Shown here in pieces: positions 50,201 through 62,230 of a stretch of 64,000 bases of DNA. How positions within the stretch are numbered: position 1 is the stretch's first letter; each line of letters begins with the position of its first letter. This stretch comes from Vicugna vicugna (lineage: Eukaryota): contig MU058718.1 in NCBI GenBank assembly GCA_013265495.1, positions 62,001 to 126,000 on the forward strand. Reading direction: 5' to 3'. The position numbers were made by a program, and so were the translations under genes. The notes below the pieces were generated by a model. That model was not told where the DNA came from and did not search any database. It was given only the letters and a program-made list of their open reading frames with translations.

Positions 50201-52022
50201 ACAGTGTTATGTTGATCAGCTCTTTTTAATAGGTTCCTAACTCCAAAATACGAAAGCCTCAACCATAGAAAATAAAAGATACGGTTCTAAATTAGTAGAC
50301 CCAAAATAGTGGTTTCCATCCCTAGCAAATCTTTGGAGTCACCTGGTAACCTTTTAAAAATCTATAGAGAGAATCATGGGACCTACTCCAGACTTAGTAA
50401 ATTAAAATCTCATGCATGGGGACAGGACTGGGTCAGTGGTTCTTAAACTGTCTGTAGTGAAAGACCACTTTTTTCTGTTTCACTTCCTATGTGTAAAAAC
50501 TCAAACCAATATTTTTGTAAAATAAAATAAATTACTAGAAAAATGATGGCACACTTGGATAGCATGGCAGTGCCGAGTAGCCTGAACCTACTCTGTATTT
50601 CTGTACTTCTCGTGCCTGGTAAGGGTCTGTAGATGGGCCCAGATCCACAGGCCATGCTTTGCATAGCACTGTTCTGGGTGGTTCCGATGACCTTCCAACT
50701 TCCTCTTGTTACACCTTTTCGCCCCCAGACTTCTGTAAATGCAGATAAAGTAATGCATTATTTAATACATTTTAGTCACTTTGCTAAATCTTATCTTTAA
50801 ATCTGAATCAGAAGGCTTCCCCCCCCCCCATGGAAAATTTTTACACATCAAAGCTGAGGAGGAAGGATGAAAAACATGTTTCTCATGCTGTTTTCAAAAG
50901 CAAGAAGTGAAGTCTCTGCTTCAGTGCATGCAGAGGGTGCTCTACTGCACTAAAAGGCAATCAGGGAAGAAATAAATGACATGTATTTTTAACAGCAGTG
51001 GAGAACTAATGGCTCATGAAGACTGAGCCAGGGAAAGGGGGCGTGAAGATATGGAGTGGAGCCAACTGGAGATAGGCAGAGTTTTGGTGAGAGTTAACTA
51101 GGATTGTGATAGTGGGAATGAAAAGAAAGGTCTTGATGCAAGGAACTGTAGGACCACTCATGGAATGGGCCCTCGAGGGGTTGATTTGGACAGCAGACAG
51201 GTCAAAAATAATTATGAAGTAGGGAACCTAGCTTAAAATGTGTCAAGAGGAAAGTTTCCTGGAAAAAGAATGAGCTTGATTTTGAACTTGTTTGAGCCTC
51301 CTAAGTTGTCCCAAGGTATCTGTCTGAGATTTCACAACCTGTTGCTACTCTAGAGGAGTTTAGCCACAACCTGATACCGGTAGCAGGTCTTAGGACCTAG
51401 AACCTGAAGGAGCTCCATCAAAAGAACATACATTGGGCAGGATGAGTGTCTGTTTTCTTGGTTGTGTAGACCAAGGTTCTAGCTGCCCTTGCAGTGCTTA
51501 AAATGCTGGCGTATGGTAGGTGCTCCTACCCTGCGGGGGGCTGAACTCCACTGTAACTTTTCAGAGCCCTTGGTCTGTTTCTTTGCTGTGTAACCACCTA
51601 CTGGGTTCTCTGGATGTAGCCCAGGACATACTTAAGAGATTTCTAAGGAAAATCAGATAAGTTTTTCAGAGTTAGAATTACATCTCTTTTCTGCCCAACA
51701 TGGCTGTTCTTTGGTGCTTACTATAATAAAGGTGCTTCCAGTGCTAAACTTAAACTTGATAGTTGTTGAGTGATGCTCACTGGTGTTGATTACAAATGAA
51801 GACCCAGAGTCATTTTAGTGGCAGTTTCTTTTGCTCTATGTGTAATACCTACTTGAACTAAACTCTCAGTCTCCACTTAGTGAACATCATCCAGTTAACT
51901 TTATTGAGGTTTTACTTTCAGTTTAGACTGCAAGAAGGCACTGATGCTTAGGGAGGGGGCAGTCTGCAGTACCCAGGAACTGTTTGTAGAGGTAATTGTT
52001 GGGTGTGATTTATTTATTTTAG

Positions 52023-52260
52023 ATTCTGAAGGCCTCCTCAAAACCAAGGAAAAGAATCAGAAGCTTTATACTCGAGCACAACGGCATCAAGAGAAAAAGG
52101 AGAAGATTCAGAGGCACAATCGAAAACTTGGTGACCTGGTAGAAAGAAAAACCACTGACTTAAAAAGTCATTACGAGCGTCTGGCAAACCTTCGGCGATC
52201 TCACATACTAGAGCTCACCTCTGTCATTTTTCCAATCGAGGAAGTAAAGACTGGCGTGAG
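52023..52260 (+). CDS. ATG14: ATG14 exon 5 ([10 protein letters not shown]...[10 protein letters not shown])
   Basis: Within ORF 51944..52282; TAG| acceptor; AG|GTACAG donor. Confidence 0.97.
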
Positions 52261-54029
52261 GTACAGTAAGCTAGCCTTTTGACTCAAGGAAAACTCCAGT
52301 TCCAAAGATCAAGTATCTTTTAAGCATGTCAACACCTCATTTATTGGGCACTGTTCTGAGCTCATTGGTTTTCCTGGAACGAAACTTTGAGTCTTATCAG
52401 CTTCAGCAAACAGTGCACACTGCATGAAGTTGGGGGGGTGGGGGCGTGGGCAGGGTAAAGGGCGGTGGCCCTCAGAGAAGTGGGACCCGAGCCTGTGTAC
52501 TCTCAGAGCATCCAGATGAGGTGCAGACTCACGCTCATAAGGAACGTCTGGCTGATGTCAGCTGCAGTGCCAGTTAGCTGTTTATGTGTTCGTTAAATGC
52601 TGTGAGGCAGGTTCTTGAGCCTTGAAGTCTTACTTCCTTGTCTGTTAGACGGGAATGATGAATGCCTACTTCACAGAGAAAGCATGAGCTAAGATGGAAG
52701 AAAACACCTCGGGGTCTCTTACTTGGTGGGAAGACACGCTGACTCAGCCTCTTCCTGGTGACTAGCACGTCAGGCACTGGATACTCAGAGTTGCGTCTTG
52801 GGCTGCCGTGCGTGGGTACCCTCAGGGGTCAGTGGGATGAACCAGACAGTGGTGCCTGCCTGACTGTCCATCAAAGGCACTCAGGAACTTTAGGAAAAGG
52901 TTCCAGAGAAATACCTTCAGCCTCCCAGTCCATCTCTTTTATACTTTTATTTTTTTTGACTTCCCCAGATGGTGCTGATGACCATCCAGGTGCAGAAACT
53001 ACCCCTGAAGAGTTTCACTTGCTTTCTCACTAACCATCAGGCTGTTCCAGTTAAAGACTTTCCTGTCTCTTCTGGTTGCCCTTGCTTTCTGGCACCTTTC
53101 CCTGGAATTGGGCAGTCAGTGGGCTGTAGCTATTTGGGACTTAACTATTTGCTGCCCCTACTTGTCCCTTTATCTGTGGCCAGAGTTAGCTTCCTGAAAG
53201 CCTAAAGGTCTGGTTGTTGCTTCTGGCTTGAAAACCTGCTCTCTGACTCTTACCAAGTAATTTGTCATTAGTAATAGTTGGCAAATATAAAAATAAAAAG
53301 GCAGATTCAAAATAGAGTAGGGTTGAAAGTTCAGAAACAGACCCTAAGGTGGCATTTGGATCAGTGGGGAAAAATTGGATTATCCAAAAATTGGTTTATA
53401 AAGACAGCTGGCCATGCCTTTGGGGAGAAAAAAGCTGACAAAACAGAGACATCATGCCAAAATACATTTTGATGTTGATGTTAAAGCACATTACAGTAAA
53501 CATAGCTGTTCCAGTAAGGAAACTGACAACTGAACACAAAGTCAAAGAAGAGAAAAACTCTCTCTTCCATACCTGGGCTGTTTAAATCTTATATATTAGT
53601 ATGTATTATTGTAAACCATTTTTTTTTAAGCTGATAGTTTTCAAGTTACCCCTGTAATAGGATTGCTTGCTCATTCACATTTCTCAAACTTCCTTGAGTG
53701 GAGGAAGGAAGAAGCAGAGGTACAGCTCAGCACTGGGCGTAGTTCCCTCCCTCCAGTCTTACCCATGATAGCCAGTAGGAGTTACCTTACGTGTACTTGT
53801 GGCAGAAGGAAGAAGCATTGAGAGCCACTGGCCAAGAAAACAGAATCTAAACTCAGCATGACACAGAAGACCCTTCCCAGTCGGTCCCACTCTTCCAACA
53901 CCATCTTCCAGCACTTTCTCATGCCTCCGTGCAGCCACACTGATCCTCTCTGCTCCCCAGACACACATGTTCTCTCCCTGCCTTGTGTGGGACCTGCCGT
54001 GACTTCTCATTCACGTTCCACTCTTTAGG

Positions 54030-54852
54030 CTAGCAGGTCTCAGAGTGTGGTCTGTGGACCTCTGGGGGTCCCTGAGACTTTCGGAGAGTCTGTGCAGTCA
54101 AAACTATTTTTATAATGATACTAACACTTTATTTTCCTCTCTCGCTGTGTTGACATTTGCACTGGCGACCCCAAAGCCATGGTGGGCAGAAGCTCTAGTG
54201 TCTTGGCAGATTTCAAGGCAGTGATACCAAACTGTAGTCATAGTCATGTTCGCCATGTCTTTGCAGTATGAAAAACCAGCCAGTTTCACATTAAGAATGT
54301 TACTGATAAGGCAGTAGAAATGATTGACTTCTACATGTACATCTTTCAACTGTGCCGTACGGCGAGATGGGAAGTCTGCGGAAGGCTAGTTGGCTGCACG
54401 CGGAGGTGCCGCAGTGGCTCAAGGAACAGCCCTTGAGTGAGCTGCAGGCGGAACTAGTTGGTTTTTCCCACAGGACACAAGATCTACTTGAAAAAGCAAC
54501 TGAAAGACTTGGGTATTAAAGAGATTTTCAAAATTCACCAGTGCTGCATGGTGCTGTGTGACTCAGCTGGTCAACAAATAATGTCACTTCACTAATTTTT
54601 TTTAAGGGTTTAAAAGCTTTATTTGTTGGATTACTAATTTTCTTGTTTTGAAACACGCAGGTTGTTTCATAAAAATATGCTCATTACATGTAATGAGTTT
54701 ATTATTTTCAAATGAATTAATAATTTAAAATTTCCCTCAGATTTCTGATACAGTAGATATTAGATCTAACCCACCTACGCAAAAATTCTTCAGATCCTTA
54801 AAAAAATTTTAGGCACATTAAGGCGTCTTGAGACCAAATAGTTTGAGAACCT
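54030..54852. mobile_element. hAT-Charlie DNA transposon remnant
   Basis: TCTCAGAGTGTGGTCTGTGGACCTCTGGGGGTCCCTGAGAC ... TGAGACCAAATAGTTTGAGAACC. Confidence 0.7.
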
Positions 54853-55078
54853 AAAACATGAGGCCCTCGTTTGTGGTGCTGTCTCCTCACACTGCCGTGG
54901 CTTCTGTGTCGCCTCTGCTGGTGCGATCCTCATCTCTGATGGAGTTGCTTATCTCTGTATATTCCAGTTAAGTTCCTGTCCCTGCATGCATCTTGCCAAG
55001 GTTCTCCCGATCTGCCAAGTAACTGCATTCTCTTTAAAACCCAGTCCCTTGACATCTATATGCCTCTTTGGTTTTTAG

Positions 55079-55308
55079 AGACCCCGCAGATGTGTCTTCA
55101 GAGAGTGACAGCGCCATGACCTCCAGCACCGTGAGCAAGCTAGCCGAAGCCCGGAGGACGACTTATCTGTCGGGGAGATGGGTCTGTGACGATCACAATG
55201 GAGACACCAGCATTAGCATCACAGGGCCTTGGATTAGCCTTCCCAGCAACGGCGACTACTCTGCCTACTACAACTGGGTGGAAGAGAAGAAAACCACGCA
55301 GGGGCCTG
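55079..55308 (+). CDS. ATG14: ATG14 exon 6 ([10 protein letters not shown]...EEKKTTQGP)
   Basis: Within ORF 55068..55331; TAG| acceptor; G|GTGAGA donor. Confidence 0.97.
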
Positions 55309-55354
55309 GTGAGAGGCAAAATAATCTTTGAACATTTTTATAAATACATGTTTT

Positions 55355-55760
55355 TTAATTGAGGCAGAATTTATGTAACAAAATGAACAGTTTTAAAGTG
55401 AGTAATTCAGTAGTCTTTAGTACATTCACAGTGTTGTGCAACGTCATCTCTGTCTAGTTCAAAGCATTTTCATCACCTCAGATGGAAACTCGGGCTTAAA
55501 GCAGTCATTGCCCATCCCCCTCTCCTCCCAGCCCTTGTCAGCCACTGATCTGCTTTCTGTTTCTATAGATGTGTGTGTTCTGGATATTTCATATGAATGG
55601 AATCATACAATACATAGTCTTTTGTGTCTGGTTTTTTCATTTAGCATAATGCTTTTAAGGTTCACTCACATTGTAGCATGTATCAGCATTTCATTCTCTT
55701 TATGACTGAATAATACTCCATTGCAAATATTTGCCACATTTTGTTTATCAGTGGATGGAC
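55355..55760 (-). mobile_element. Ancient L1M (L1MB-like) 3' end
   Basis: Same motif series as 29985-30690. Confidence 0.78.
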
Positions 55761-56536
55761 TGAAAACATGTTTTGTTTTTAAGCTATTTCACCTTTTGAG
55801 ATCAATATTATTTTATTTATATAAAAAAACTCACTGTTTAAAGAAGTGTATTTAGCCCATTGGGTCTCACTTCTATAGTTTCTAATTTGGTAAAGAACTT
55901 CTTGTAGCAGTCCTAAATGGAGCTTGAAATACCCCAGTACAAAAACCCTTTAAAGCTCTGGTAGCTTCTCTTTGATAGAGAAAGATTATTCGTTTAGTCA
56001 TCTAGCAAGTATTCCTACTGTCATGCACAGTGCTGGGAGCTGATGATACAGAGGTGATGTCACCAAGACAGGTGTAGCTCTTTGCTTTTCTGTGGAGAGG
56101 AAAACAAACAAGTAATGACCAAAGGCGTCATGTGCTGAGTGTGGGCTGTCGACAGAAGCAGCACCATCATGGGACAGGGCTACAGAGGAAGGGACTACTT
56201 TTCTGTGGGGTAGTCAGGGGAGGCTTCTCTGAGGAGGTGACATTTAACTAGGGCATCAGTTGTTCTAATAAATAATACATTATTAGGTCCAAGCAGTTCA
56301 GACTTCAGTTTCATTTATGTTGGGTCCATTTAGGCCTGTTTGCTTAGGTTAATTCCACTCAGCAAAAGTCATAAATGATGAAACATTAACGTCTGGCATG
56401 GACCTTTTATTAGTAAAGAGTAAAACATAGTTATCGATAATGTATTGATAAAACCACAAATCATAAAAAGTCTAGGTTCATGAATATTTTTATTGAAATT
56501 AAAGTTTGGCGCATGGCTGTTGTTTTTATACTTTAG

Positions 56537-56654
56537 ACATGGAGCATAACAACCCTGCTTACACGATCAGTGCTGCGTTGTGCTACGCGACTCAGCTGGT
56601 CAATATTTTGTCTCATATACTCGACGTAAATCTTCCCAAAAAGCTGTGCAACAG
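56537..56654 (+). CDS. ATG14: ATG14 exon 7 ([16 protein letters not shown]...PKKLCN), GC donor
   Basis: TAG| acceptor; donor CAG|GCAAGT is required to rebuild LCNSEFC with exon 8. Confidence 0.94.
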
Positions 56655-57174
56655 GCAAGTAATTAAAGGTGGTGATGTGATCTTTCTCACGGTTCTCTCA
56701 TGTTTCTATTGTGTTCTTACTTATTCTAATTAAACCAAAAACAAGAATTTAAGTATTACCAAGGTGGAAAAAGTCTAACCATGAAATACTGAGAATGATT
56801 TCATAAGCCTCATTGATTTCAAAAGTCTAATGTGCAAATGTGTCATTATCTTAAAATTGCACTTGAAGTCTTCGGGAAGACCACAGAATTCTCCCATGTG
56901 GAAAGATAACTGAAGGAAAAACAGGGTATTCTGAAGGTTTGCTTATGTGTAATAACTGGGTAAATTGTAACACTTGAATTTAAGTGGTTCAAAATTCTTT
57001 AAAAGTTGTAAAGTTTTATAGTCCACCCAGTTCCTGCTAAGACCTTCCTACCCACTCCTGTTATCCTTGTATTTCAAGTAAATATAAATATGTATTATTA
57101 CTCTCCACCCCCTCTCCCTAAACACAAAAGTTATCAGGTTAAACTAAGGTGTTTTGCACCTTGCTTTTTAGGTA

Positions 57175-57560
57175 TTTATTTAACAAAGATTTATTAAGCA
57201 CTTGCTATGTGCCAGGCCCTGTTCTAGGCATTGAGGGGGAACAGTGATGATAAGATAATCCCTGCCCTCTTGGCACTTAATTGTAATGGAGAGACACATA
57301 GAAAAACAGACAGTATGTCAGGTGTTGCTGAGTGCTGGGGAGAACACTAGAGCAGGTGAAAGAGAGGGAATGCGGGGGCAAGTAAGGGCTTATCATGTCT
57401 GAGTGGGCAGGTGTGTGATCATGTGTGAGCCTGCAGGAGGCCAGGAGCAAGCCATGGGGATCCCTGGGGATGAAGGCTGCCAGCAAGGGGAAGGGCAGGT
57501 GCAGAGCCTAGGGAGAGCGAGAGAACAGGGCAGCAGGGACAAGGCTGTAGCACCGGTGGC
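57175..57560 (-). mobile_element. L2 3' fragment
   Basis: ATTTATTTAACAAAGATTTATTAAGCACTTGCTATGTGCCAGG. Confidence 0.7.
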
Positions 57561-57993
57561 ATTGTGGGACCATTGTGGGCCTTCAGTGTCACTCTGCTTA
57601 ACGTGGCCAGTTGCAGAGTTTTCCTTTGTACAGATTTGCCAAGATTTTACCAGTCCCCTATGCCCCTTATTTACACTTGAGGGAATAATCTTATACATTC
57701 GTTGTTTCACTAATGTGCAAGTATTTGTGTAGAATAGGATTTCAGAAGTTTTGCTTGGTCAAAGGGTACATGCATTTATTTGTTATTTTTATGGATGCAG
57801 TGAAATTACTCTCCATGAAGGCAGTAGTTCATTCTTAGAAAGTTTCTGTTAAGTACAGTTTATTAAGAGGCAAAGGACATGGGCTATGGTTTGTGCAGAA
57901 TTGTAGTGTAAAGCATACTCTTCAAAACGAACATTTTAATACAGAATTTCCTCAAAAATTACAACTTTACAAACTGTATTGTTTATTTTACAG

Positions 57994-58084
57994 TGAATTT
58001 TGTGGGGAGAACCTCAGCAGACAGAAATTTACTCGAGCAGTGAAGAAACTGAATGCAAATATTCTTTACCTGTGCTTTTCCCAG
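57994..58084 (+). CDS. ATG14: ATG14 exon 8 ([30 protein letters not shown])
   Basis: CAG| acceptor; CAG|GTATGG donor. Confidence 0.97.
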
Positions 58085-58162
58085 GTATGGAAAATGTGCT
58101 ATAAGCTAATTTTTAATTTGTTACATGGTTGAAAATACTAATCAGTGTTTTGCTTTTTCTAG

Positions 58163-58248
58163 CATGTAAATTTAGATCAATTACAACCACTGCATACTCT
58201 CAGGAATCTAATGTACCTGGTCAGTCCGAACTCTGAACACCTAGGCAG
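58163..58248 (+). CDS. ATG14: ATG14 exon 9 (HVNLDQLQPLHTLRNLMYLVSPNSEHLG); final BATS-domain exon is outside the window
   Basis: TAG| acceptor after a 78-nt intron; AG|GTAAGA donor. Confidence 0.97.
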
Positions 58249-59459
58249 GTAAGAAGCATGTTTGTTGCTTTTCTCTAAGCGTTGGTGGTGTGACTACTGT
58301 CAAGTTGCTGTACGTGTGGGCAGAGTACAGGGCCCAGCCTTACACTCTCCAGAAAGGACAAAGATGACCCAGTCCTGTATGGAAGGAGACAGTGGCTAAT
58401 CATATTTGAACCCTTATGGTCCTTATATAGTCATTTCTCAGAGGAAATTAATAGCAAACATTTTTAATACCTAAAGCAGAATAGAAGAACCCTTCTGTTC
58501 CTAGAGTGGGGACTTCTGGTGCTGTCTCTGAAGACCAAAAGCCATTTGTTTGAATCCACACCTGTTTCTTCTTTAGCTATGCCTACTGTCTCCCCCAATT
58601 CTTTTGTATTTTCTTTTGCGCCTGCTGATTTTTCTCATCGTAACAGTTCTTACAACTTTTTTTTTGTCACTGAGTCCATTTGGCCACCATTTGTTGGAGA
58701 TAAAGAGTATTAGAAATTTATGAGATGAACTAATTTGAAATCCATTATCTTAAAAACAGGAGTCAGGAACAAAAAGACCAACCAGGACTGGTCTGTGGGG
58801 TCTTTTTACTCTCAGCCCACAAAAGCATACTATAGATGAGGCTTATCTTTGGGACCATCTGAGCACCCCTTCTCTGGGTGCTGATCTTTTCCCTTGCTCT
58901 GAGAAGTCTGTCTATACATTTCTGCAGATGTAGCTTGGTTAATGTATTTGAATTTTTGAAAGAGAACAAAGGAAAGTTAAAGGTGGGACTTCCTTCCCTG
59001 TCATTCATTTCGTTTGACACTGGACCCTCCACTGACCAGGGTGCCTGGCTCCCTTCAAGTTGCAGTGAACTTTCCATGGCAATCTGCTCTTACCTTGTCC
59101 TGTTTTCCTCTCTTCCTCAGCCCTCCCCCCACCTAAAATAGAGGTTAACTTTTCTGGGACATAGACCCCTCTGGGAAAAGCTGTGAACTCTCTCCTGGAA
59201 ATTCCACACACACCTAGAATTTTATGCCATTTTAAAGGGAGTTTATGCCCCTTACCCCAAATTCCATTCATTAGTTTACGAATCACAGCAACCTTTTAGA
59301 AATCCATCCCATCTTTAGTGGTTGATTCCTGTGGACTTGCTTGCTGTCCTCTCTGTACATTATTTGTGAAGGGTTCTACATTAGGAAATTTATCCTTAAT
59401 AATAAGAGCTAACATTTACTGACACTGGGCCAACTACTTTACCTACGTAAGATCGACCT

Positions 59460-61030
59460 GATAGATGGCAGAAAAGCAGTGAATAAAATTCAGTTCCCAT
59501 TAATAAATGGAAACTATTAGCAACTTAAAAATAGATTATTAATAAAGAATATTTACTACCAACCTACAGCAAAAACTACTACACTTAATGACATGTTATG
59601 TACATAGATATTTAATAGAAGCTTTCCTTTACAGTCAGGAAGACCAGGATGCCTACTGTCACTGCTGTGTTAACACTGCTCTGGAGGCCTAGCCAAGGCA
59701 AAACATTTTTATGAAGAAGTCAAGTGTGTTTGTATTACAAGGAAAGAAAGCTGGCATTATAGATGGTGTGATTATTAAACTGGATGTCCAAGAGAACTAA
59801 GAGACTATTAGAAATGGTAGTTCAAAATGATTATAAATCAATAAAAAATGTTAAAAAAAAAAAAAAGAAATGGTAGTTCAGTATGGTGGCTAGATACAAG
59901 ATCAGCGTGCAGAGAGCAATCGCTTTCTTAGATGCCAACAACAACTAGTTAGAATATGCAGTGGGAAAAAGGTCCTTTTTACTGTAGCAGCAAAAACAGA
60001 AATTATATAAAAATAATCCTTACAAAATACATGCAAACCTATATAAAGAAAATATGAAACTTAAAAAGTATTCAACATGTCCTTCATTGCCAGGCACTGT
60101 ATGAGGTGTGAGACTGAATGAAAGCAAGCCTGGGGCAGCAAAGGATTTTCTAGTAAGGGAAGACTCAGTGTGGTAAAAATGCCACTTCTGTCCAAAAGGA
60201 AACCTGGTCAGAATTTCAAGATATTTCATGGAACTTTGACAGGCTGATTCTAAAGTTCAACTAGAAGCACAGTCTGACGGGAAATTTTGAAAAAGAATTA
60301 AAAGGGATGGGCTTGGCTCCTTTTAAAACATAGTATAAAGGTAATTAAAACAGGGTGCTGTTGGAGTGCAAATAGGTGGAGCAGCTGGAAGAAGAGAATA
60401 GAGTCCCTGTGTACGCGGGAATGTAGAAGATGGTAGGTGGCACGTTGAATCGGTACGAGCAGCTCAGCGGGGTGGGCCAGTTGGGTGTTTATGTGGGGAA
60501 AGTTGGATTCATGCTACATTCCATATGTAAAAATAAATTCCAGATGATGTAAAAGATCTTATTTTTTTAAAAAAACAAAAGCTATAAGATAGCTAGGAGA
60601 AAAGATAATCTTAAAATCATAGGGTGGGGAGGGAATTCCCAAGCAAGCCACAAAACCCAAAAACCATAAAGAAAAGGAGTTACACATTTTACTGTGTCAA
60701 AACTGAATGTTTCTGACAAAAGATGCCATAAACAAAGTTGAAAGACAAGCAAAAGATATGTTTTGCAACCTTTAAAATAAACAATGGATTAAAATCTAGA
60801 ATTCTAAAAAGAAATCTTTCAAATTAATAAGAGAAAGAAATCTAATAGGAAGATAGACATAGGATTCAGGCATGCATTTCACACAAAAGAAATGCAAGTT
60901 GTCAGTATTCAAATGAAAAAAATCTTGAGCCTCAATCAAGAGTAAAGAAATGCAATTCAGAACAGCTTTCTAGTTTTCAACCATCAGTTTGGCAAAAAAG
61001 GAAAAGACTGATGACACCCAGTACTGCTGG
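59460..61030 (+). mobile_element. Highly degenerate L1M ORF2 segment
   Basis: ATAGATGGCAGAAAAGCA, GGATGCCTACTGTCACTGCT, ATAAATTCCAGATG remnants. Confidence 0.65.
59825..59865 (+). mobile_element. 41-bp retroposed L1-tail insertion
   Basis: AATAAA plus A14 flanked by perfect TSD AGAAATGGTAGTTCA (59810-24, 59866-80). Confidence 0.85.
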
Positions 61031-61339
61031 TTGTTCAGGAAGACAGATCCCCTTCTTCTAGGACTGGATTTCTTTGGAGGGCCTGAAGTTTTCTGTGGTC
61101 TGCCCTCGAGCGAGTCAGCTCTCCATGTGGAGGGCTCTGTCCGACAGAAAGACACATGCACGGCAGGCTGCTGGCACAGCCAAGCTTGTGTCTGCCAGCC
61201 AGGAGGTAAGCTTCAAAGTCCCCTCTCACCCCTGTCTCAGTCAGAATCAAGGCTTTAGAGAGGTTGTTAACAGAACCTGGGAGGGACGCCTGCTTCCACT
61301 GAGACCAGCTGAACTGAGGAGCCCATCCTGAATCTAACA

Positions 61340-62230
61340 TACACTTTTTTTCTTTGAAATAAATTCAAACTTACAGGAAAAGTTTCAAAAAATAAGAATA
61401 GTACAAAGACACAGATTTACCCTTTACCCAGATTCACTGTTGTTAGTATTTCACTGCATTTGCTGGATCACTTCTGCAGTCTGTCTTCACAAATGCACAC
61501 ACGTACACAAGAACTTTTTTTCTGAACCCTGTGAAGATAAGTTACATACAATGTGGCTCTTGATCCCTAAATACTTTAATGCGTATTTCTTAAAAATAGG
61601 AATATTTTCTTGCTTTTAAGCACAACATAGTTACCAACATCAGCAAATTTAACATTGGTACAGTACTCTGCTGCCCATGTGCACGTGTCTTCAGTGGACC
61701 AGATAATGTCCTTTATAGCACCTCCCCCCAGTGTAGGGTCCAGTCTTGAGCTGGGTGTTGTGTTTAGTTGCTGTGTCTCTTTAAACACCTTTAAATTTGG
61801 AACATTTTCACAGCCTACCTTGTCTTTTATGACGTAACCATTTTTTTCCTTTTTTAAAATAGAACTTTCATTTTGAGTTTGATGTTTCCTTGAAATGACA
61901 TCAGGTCAAATTACATTCTAGGCTGGATCGCTGCATAGGCGGAGTGTCTCCTGGACATCACATCCAGAGGCCCACAGTAGCTATCTTTCCCTTATTGATG
62001 ATGTTAATTTGATCACCCAGTCAAGATGCTTTCCAGCTTCTCCTCTGTACAATTCCTGTATTTTTCCTTCCTTGCAGCTAGTAAGCAGTTGGGAGACACT
62101 TTGAGGCCATGTAGTTATCCTGATCAGAATTTCCCCCTAGATTTAGTATCGATTGATTTTTTTACCCAATCCAATCTTTATATACATCATTTTCATCCAG
62201 AGTCCTTAGTTTACATTAGGGTTTACTCTT
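61340..62230 (-). mobile_element. L1MC-like 3' end
   Basis: TTGAAATAAATTCAAACTTACAGGAAAAGTTT start and CCCTAAATACTT motif. Confidence 0.6.
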
